A stretch of 64,000 nucleotides of DNA from Candidatus Omnitrophota bacterium. GTDB taxonomy: Bacteria > Omnitrophota > Gorgyraeia > JAHJTE01. Location of the stretch: positions 449,332 to 513,331 of the forward strand of contig JAHJTE010000001.1 of the NCBI GenBank assembly GCA_018830005.1. The letters run 5' to 3'. Of the stretch, positions 59,846 through 64,000 are shown in pieces (within the stretch, counting starts at the first letter, position 1; each line of letters starts with the position of its first letter). The notes below the pieces were generated by a model, which was given only the letters and a program-made list of their open reading frames with translations, searched no databases and was not told where the DNA came from. A program made the translations under genes and the position numbers.

Positions 59846-61345
59846 ATGCTCTTAGAGACAGTAAAAAAAGATTCCTGGATAGGCAATAGGATAAAAAAAG
59901 ACCAAATTGAAAAATATTTGAGTAAGGGTGAGAGTTTTATTAATGAAGGTTTAATAAATCAGGCATTGATTACTAATATTGAAGCCTCTCCTGCAAGAAT
60001 CAAGGATATCCTTAAGAAATCATTAGAGGTTAAAACCCTGACCCTTGATGAGGCCGCAGCCCTATTGAATGTTAAGGATAGCTCGTTATGGGAGGAGATG
60101 AGGCAGACTGCGGCTCAAGTTAAGAGAAAGGTTTACGATAACAGAATTGTTACCTTTGCGCCTTTATATCTTAGTAATCTCTGCGTAAATAATTGTCTTT
60201 ATTGTGCTTTTAGAGAAGACAATTCGATAATAAGAAGAAGATCGCTCAAGCTAGATGAGGTGCGCAGGGAAACAGAGGCATTGGCAGGAGAGATTGGACA
60301 TAAACGCTTAATAGTTGTTTATGGAGAACATCCAAAAACAGATATAGATTATATGGCTTCTACAATAGGAACAATTTACGGGGTCAAGGTAAAGACAAAG
60401 AATGGTTGCGGCCAAATACGCAGGGTTAATGTTAATGCCGCACCATTATCCATAGAAGATTTAGGGGTTTTACATGGATTGGGAATAGGAACCTATCAGG
60501 TGTTTCAGGAGACCTACCATTATGAAACTTACGAGAAGTTTCATCCCAAAGGGACGATAAAGGCAGATTATAAATGGAGATTGTATTGCATGCATCGGGC
60601 GCTTGAGGCAGGTATTGATGATATAGGTATCGGTGTCCTCTTTGGCTTATATAACTGGAAATTCGAAGTCTTAGCGCTCCTTTCTCATGCGCGCGAACTT
60701 GAGCAAAAATTCGCAGTAGGTCCTCATACTATTTCTTTCCCCCGAGTTGAAGCAGCTGCCAATACCCCATCTTTTACTAAGATATCGCCTTATAAGGTCA
60801 GCGATGAAGATTTCGAGAAATTGGTTACTGTAATAAGACTAGCTGTTCCTTATACAGGCATGATCCTTACTGCTCGGGAAAGTGCACAGATAAGAAAAAA
60901 GGTTCTTCCTTTAGGTTGTACCCAGACAGATGCCTCTACAAGGATAGGCATAGGCGCTTATAGCGATCGTGAGTCTAAACAAGAAGGGGCAAGACAGCAG
61001 TTTTTCTTGGGTGATACCAGAGATTTAGATGAGGTAACAAGGGAATTACTTCAGATGGGTTATATTACTTCTTTCTGTACTGCTGGTTATCGCTGTGGCA
61101 GGACTGGAAAATGTATTATGCAGCTTCTTAGAACAGGCAAGGAAGGGGAATTCTGTAAATTAAATGCAATACTTACGTTTAGAGAATGGCTCGATGATTT
61201 TGCAAGCCCTCAAACAAAACAACTAGGTGAGAAAATTCTTAAGAAAGAATTAGACGAGGTTAAGTCTAGGATGCCCTTAGATTATTCTAGGCTCATCCAA
61301 TATTACGAAAGGATTAAGCAGGGAGAGAGGGATCTCTATTTCTAA
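59846..61345 (+). CDS. hydG: HydG-type radical SAM tyrosine lyase (CO/CN synthesis)
   Basis: FAPLYLSNLCVNNCLYC, IRRVNVN, FQETYH, GPHTISFPR, C-terminal CTAGYRC-x19-C (CX5CX19C). Confidence 0.9.
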   Translation: MLLETVKKDSWIGNRIKKDQIEKYLSKGESFINEGLINQALITNIEASPARIKDILKKSLEVKTLTLDEAAALLNVKDSSLWEEMRQTAAQVKRKVYDNRIVTFAPLYLSNLCVNNCLYCAFREDNSIIRRRSLKLDEVRRETEALAGEIGHKRLIVVYGEHPKTDIDYMASTIGTIYGVKVKTKNGCGQIRRVNVNAAPLSIEDLGVLHGLGIGTYQVFQETYHYETYEKFHPKGTIKADYKWRLYCMHRALEAGIDDIGIGVLFGLYNWKFEVLALLSHARELEQKFAVGPHTISFPRVEAAANTPSFTKISPYKVSDEDFEKLVTVIRLAVPYTGMILTARESAQIRKKVLPLGCTQTDASTRIGIGAYSDRESKQEGARQQFFLGDTRDLDEVTRELLQMGYITSFCTAGYRCGRTGKCIMQLLRTGKEGEFCKLNAILTFREWLDDFASPQTKQLGEKILKKELDEVKSRMPLDYSRLIQYYERIKQGERDLYF

Positions 61346-61488
61346 GCTTATTGATAATTTTCCCTAATGTCAAATTTATTGCTTTTATTTTTCTTTTATG
61401 ATAGGATTATTAACATCCTACCTTTGAACTGGGAATTATTTTTCCGTAAAATAAGACATAAAGTAATGAGTTAAAAGGAGCTATCAGG

Positions 61489-64000
61489 ATGAAGAATTAT
61501 GTTTTTAAGTCGCTATTAGTCAGTATCTTAGTTTTAGGCTTTTTTCTTTCTCATGGCCCCTTGTTTACTAAACTTGCTTTTTGTAAAGACGCTCCCACTA
61601 GAGATATGCCAGAGTTACCTAAGGTATCTCCAGAGCCAACATCCCAACCACCTCATTTAAATAAACCAATAGACCCTAATTTTGATGCAGCTTACCTACT
61701 AGATTGGACTGATGCAGATTGTGCAGAGGCCTATAAGCTAGAAGAAGCAGATAACCCCCAGTTTAGCAACCCTGTTAGTTATAGCTCGAGCGCTTCTCAA
61801 TTCTTTGTTGACAAAGGAACCACAGGTACTTATTATTACCGCGTCAAAGCTGTTCTTCCTGCTTCAAAAGGCATAACTAAAGGAGAGAACTTTTTACAAA
61901 AGATCTTTTCCTGGCTGAAGCAGTATTTTTCTGCAAATCAAGCTTATGCTGGTACGACCTGCGATACGATTGCTACTACTGGCTGGAGTAATACAGAGAC
62001 TATAGACATTGTAGAGCCTATAAGCTTTATTGATGCTATAGTCTATACTGCAGATACTGAAATCCCTCTGCAAGATGCTGTAGTTACTTCACCAGACTTT
62101 CCTGGAAGTGCTACCTCTGATATAGATGGAAAATTCTCCTTTTCCTTCCAAACACTTTTCCCAGAATCAGGCAAACTTACCGTAACCATTGACATTACAA
62201 AAGGTGACTTTACCTCTGCTCAGAGAACAGTGGAAGTAGTAGCCAGCAGACATTCAGCTGTAGCCTCTATTTATCTCACACCCTTAGACCCAGTTGTAAC
62301 CACTATTCCTCCTGAAGGTGGAACGCATATTAATTCTACTGGAGAGATAGAGCTTATTTTCCCTGAAGGCGCAGTAGAAGAACCCACAGACATAAACACC
62401 ACCCAATACCAAAAAGGCAAGACCCTACCAGATGAGTTACCTGAAACCTCATTTTTTACCTATGCCCTTAATCTAGAAACAGAAACCACAATTACCAGGA
62501 GAAAGGTTACTACATTTCAACAGCCTGTAACCATGCGTGTGGCCAATACGTTAGGCTTCGCTCCTGGAACACCAGTTCCGGGAGGAGTCTATAATGAAGA
62601 AACGCACCAATGGGAAGATACAGGTCTTATGGGCTATGTCTCGACCGATGGAGCCTGGTTGGAATTTGAGATTACCAGCTTTTCATCCTGGGATTTGAAT
62701 TTGCCAGTGAGACGCAGGACTCGCACTAGACGGACAGTTGTGAGAAAAAATGCTGTAAAAGAAACTGTTAAGAAAGATGAAGAGGCAGAAGATCCTGGTG
62801 TAAGTGTCCGCTCCGGCGCTTTAAATATTGAGCATACTCTTCCTGCTATAAAAAGATTAGGTAAAGAGAGCTCATTAGTATTTAACTATAATTCAAATAC
62901 AGCCAGCCCTTCAGAATTTATTTCTATCGAAACAAATCTTGATACCGGGACTACAGATATACCTTATACTTCTACTTTTAGCGTAGATTTTGCTGGCAAG
63001 ATTGCCCAGGCAACATACCAAGGAGTAGAGGGGGATGTGCGGTATGCCTATTTGTTTGATGGTAAGACTCCTGCAGGTGAATATTTGTCCACTGGAAGCT
63101 ATCCTTACACAATAAAGATAAGCAATGATTACGCTGATTTAACTTATTGGACTACGGATAGTTTTGCTGGTGATCCAATAGCTGATACTGGGATACCAGC
63201 AATAGAGCCTGTTCCTATAACTTCTGATATAGACAGGAGACTAATTATAAACAATCAAAGAAATAGTCCTTTTGGTACTGGTTGGACTCTGAAGGGATTA
63301 GATAGGCTTTATCATGACCCTGATGGCGACATGCTTCTTATGAAAGGAGATGGTTCAAGTGCTGTATTTATGAACGCAGCCTTTATTTATGTGACTAACG
63401 AACTCTGGGATGTTTCAGTCATAAACGCAAAGACCAATTCCTTGATTGATGAAGTCTTACTCAATGAGGCTTCTTATGACATAGCTATTACACCTGATGG
63501 AACGCGTGCCTATCTAATTGCAGCAGAAGCTACTTCCGCGTATCTATCAGTTATAGATACCAGCATAAACGAAGTTATTGATAAGATCCTGATAGATATT
63601 CCTGGCGATCCATGGGGCAGTATTAGTATTACCCCGGATGGAAAATATGCTTATGTTTCAGGCTTTTCGCCTGGAATCATTATTTTTGACATCCAGAAGG
63701 GAAGCCCAACTTACCATACTGTAGTAGATACAATAACTACTCCAGATTATGTCCTTGACATGAAGTTTAATTCTAATGGCACTTTTTGTTATGCCACATG
63801 TCCGGATTCTGACCTTTTTATTGTTATTGATACAAACACAAAACAAGTTGTGGACGAGTTAGAATTGCCAATGTTTAGTGGTCCTTTTGGCCTTGCCTTG
63901 TCACCGTCTGAAAAAAGTGCTTATGTAGTTGAGAATTACGCAGGAACGGTTGATGTTATTGACATCGACCCTTTAAATCCCAGTTATTTAACTGTTTTGG
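61489..64000 (+). CDS. Large secreted teneurin/RHS-like protein, N-terminal part (runs off window; absent from ORF track)
   Basis: AAGGAG RBS, signal peptide, FN3-like GTYYYRVKA, SDIDGKFSF, IFPEGAV, SPFGTGWTLKGLDRL, YVTN/ITPDG propeller repeats; no stop seen before the window end. Confidence 0.8.
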   Translation, partial: MKNYVFKSLLVSILVLGFFLSHGPLFTKLAFCKDAPTRDMPELPKVSPEPTSQPPHLNKPIDPNFDAAYLLDWTDADCAEAYKLEEADNPQFSNPVSYSSSASQFFVDKGTTGTYYYRVKAVLPASKGITKGENFLQKIFSWLKQYFSANQAYAGTTCDTIATTGWSNTETIDIVEPISFIDAIVYTADTEIPLQDAVVTSPDFPGSATSDIDGKFSFSFQTLFPESGKLTVTIDITKGDFTSAQRTVEVVASRHSAVASIYLTPLDPVVTTIPPEGGTHINSTGEIELIFPEGAVEEPTDINTTQYQKGKTLPDELPETSFFTYALNLETETTITRRKVTTFQQPVTMRVANTLGFAPGTPVPGGVYNEETHQWEDTGLMGYVSTDGAWLEFEITSFSSWDLNLPVRRRTRTRRTVVRKNAVKETVKKDEEAEDPGVSVRSGALNIEHTLPAIKRLGKESSLVFNYNSNTASPSEFISIETNLDTGTTDIPYTSTFSVDFAGKIAQATYQGVEGDVRYAYLFDGKTPAGEYLSTGSYPYTIKISNDYADLTYWTTDSFAGDPIADTGIPAIEPVPITSDIDRRLIINNQRNSPFGTGWTLKGLDRLYHDPDGDMLLMKGDGSSAVFMNAAFIYVTNELWDVSVINAKTNSLIDEVLLNEASYDIAITPDGTRAYLIAAEATSAYLSVIDTSINEVIDKILIDIPGDPWGSISITPDGKYAYVSGFSPGIIIFDIQKGSPTYHTVVDTITTPDYVLDMKFNSNGTFCYATCPDSDLFIVIDTNTKQVVDELELPMFSGPFGLALSPSEKSAYVVENYAGTVDVIDIDPLNPSYLTVL

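Noticed and set aside
57866-61345. bioB and thiH cofactor-biosynthesis genes
   Set aside because: Motifs fit HydE and HydG (auxiliary-cluster Cys, GPHTIS), and there are no bio or thi neighbours.
279-63846. Numerous antisense or overlapping ORFs in the track (e.g. 279-842, 2372-2875, 3016-3312, 6704-7093, 54731-55204, 63658-63846)
   Set aside because: They are shadows of real genes or run across repeat elements, with no motifs.
1-64000. tRNA or rRNA genes, recombinase att sites
   Set aside because: None recognisable by eye.

Overview
AT-rich bacterial window, tentatively Ca. Omnitrophota-like; the taxonomy is inferred from gene content only. (i) 1-7.3 kb and 23-33 kb: accessory single genes, all on the + strand, separated by a recurrent ~112-bp element (9 copies). 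The element is a sigma70-type promoter inside an imperfect inverted repeat, often preceded by a TGTCC..GGAC module and REP-like hairpins. (ii) 7.6-23 kb: defence island with an AvcD-like kinase-dCMP deaminase, a serine recombinase plus DUF2924, Vsr, two C5 methylases, an HNH nuclease, and a DruE-like DUF1998 helicase split by one in-frame TGA. (iii) 29.3-31 kb: c-di-GMP-I-like riboswitch with an odd insertion, ahead of receiver-only regulators. (iv) 33-45 kb: housekeeping and envelope genes (ispH, prenyltransferase, tatAC and others). (v) 45.2-61.3 kb: a Rex-boxed operon for a group 4 membrane-bound [NiFe] hydrogenase with an Mrp antiporter module and an AsrAB-like NAD(P)H module. Its maturation block is the most striking signal: HycI, a HypA without the zinc domain, a HypC-HydE fusion, Rex and HydG. 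These are [FeFe]-type CO/CN-making radical SAM enzymes linked to a [NiFe] system, with no hypBDEF, hydF or hydA in the window. (vi) Start of a large secreted teneurin/RHS-like protein. All calls come from motif recognition by eye; no searches were run.
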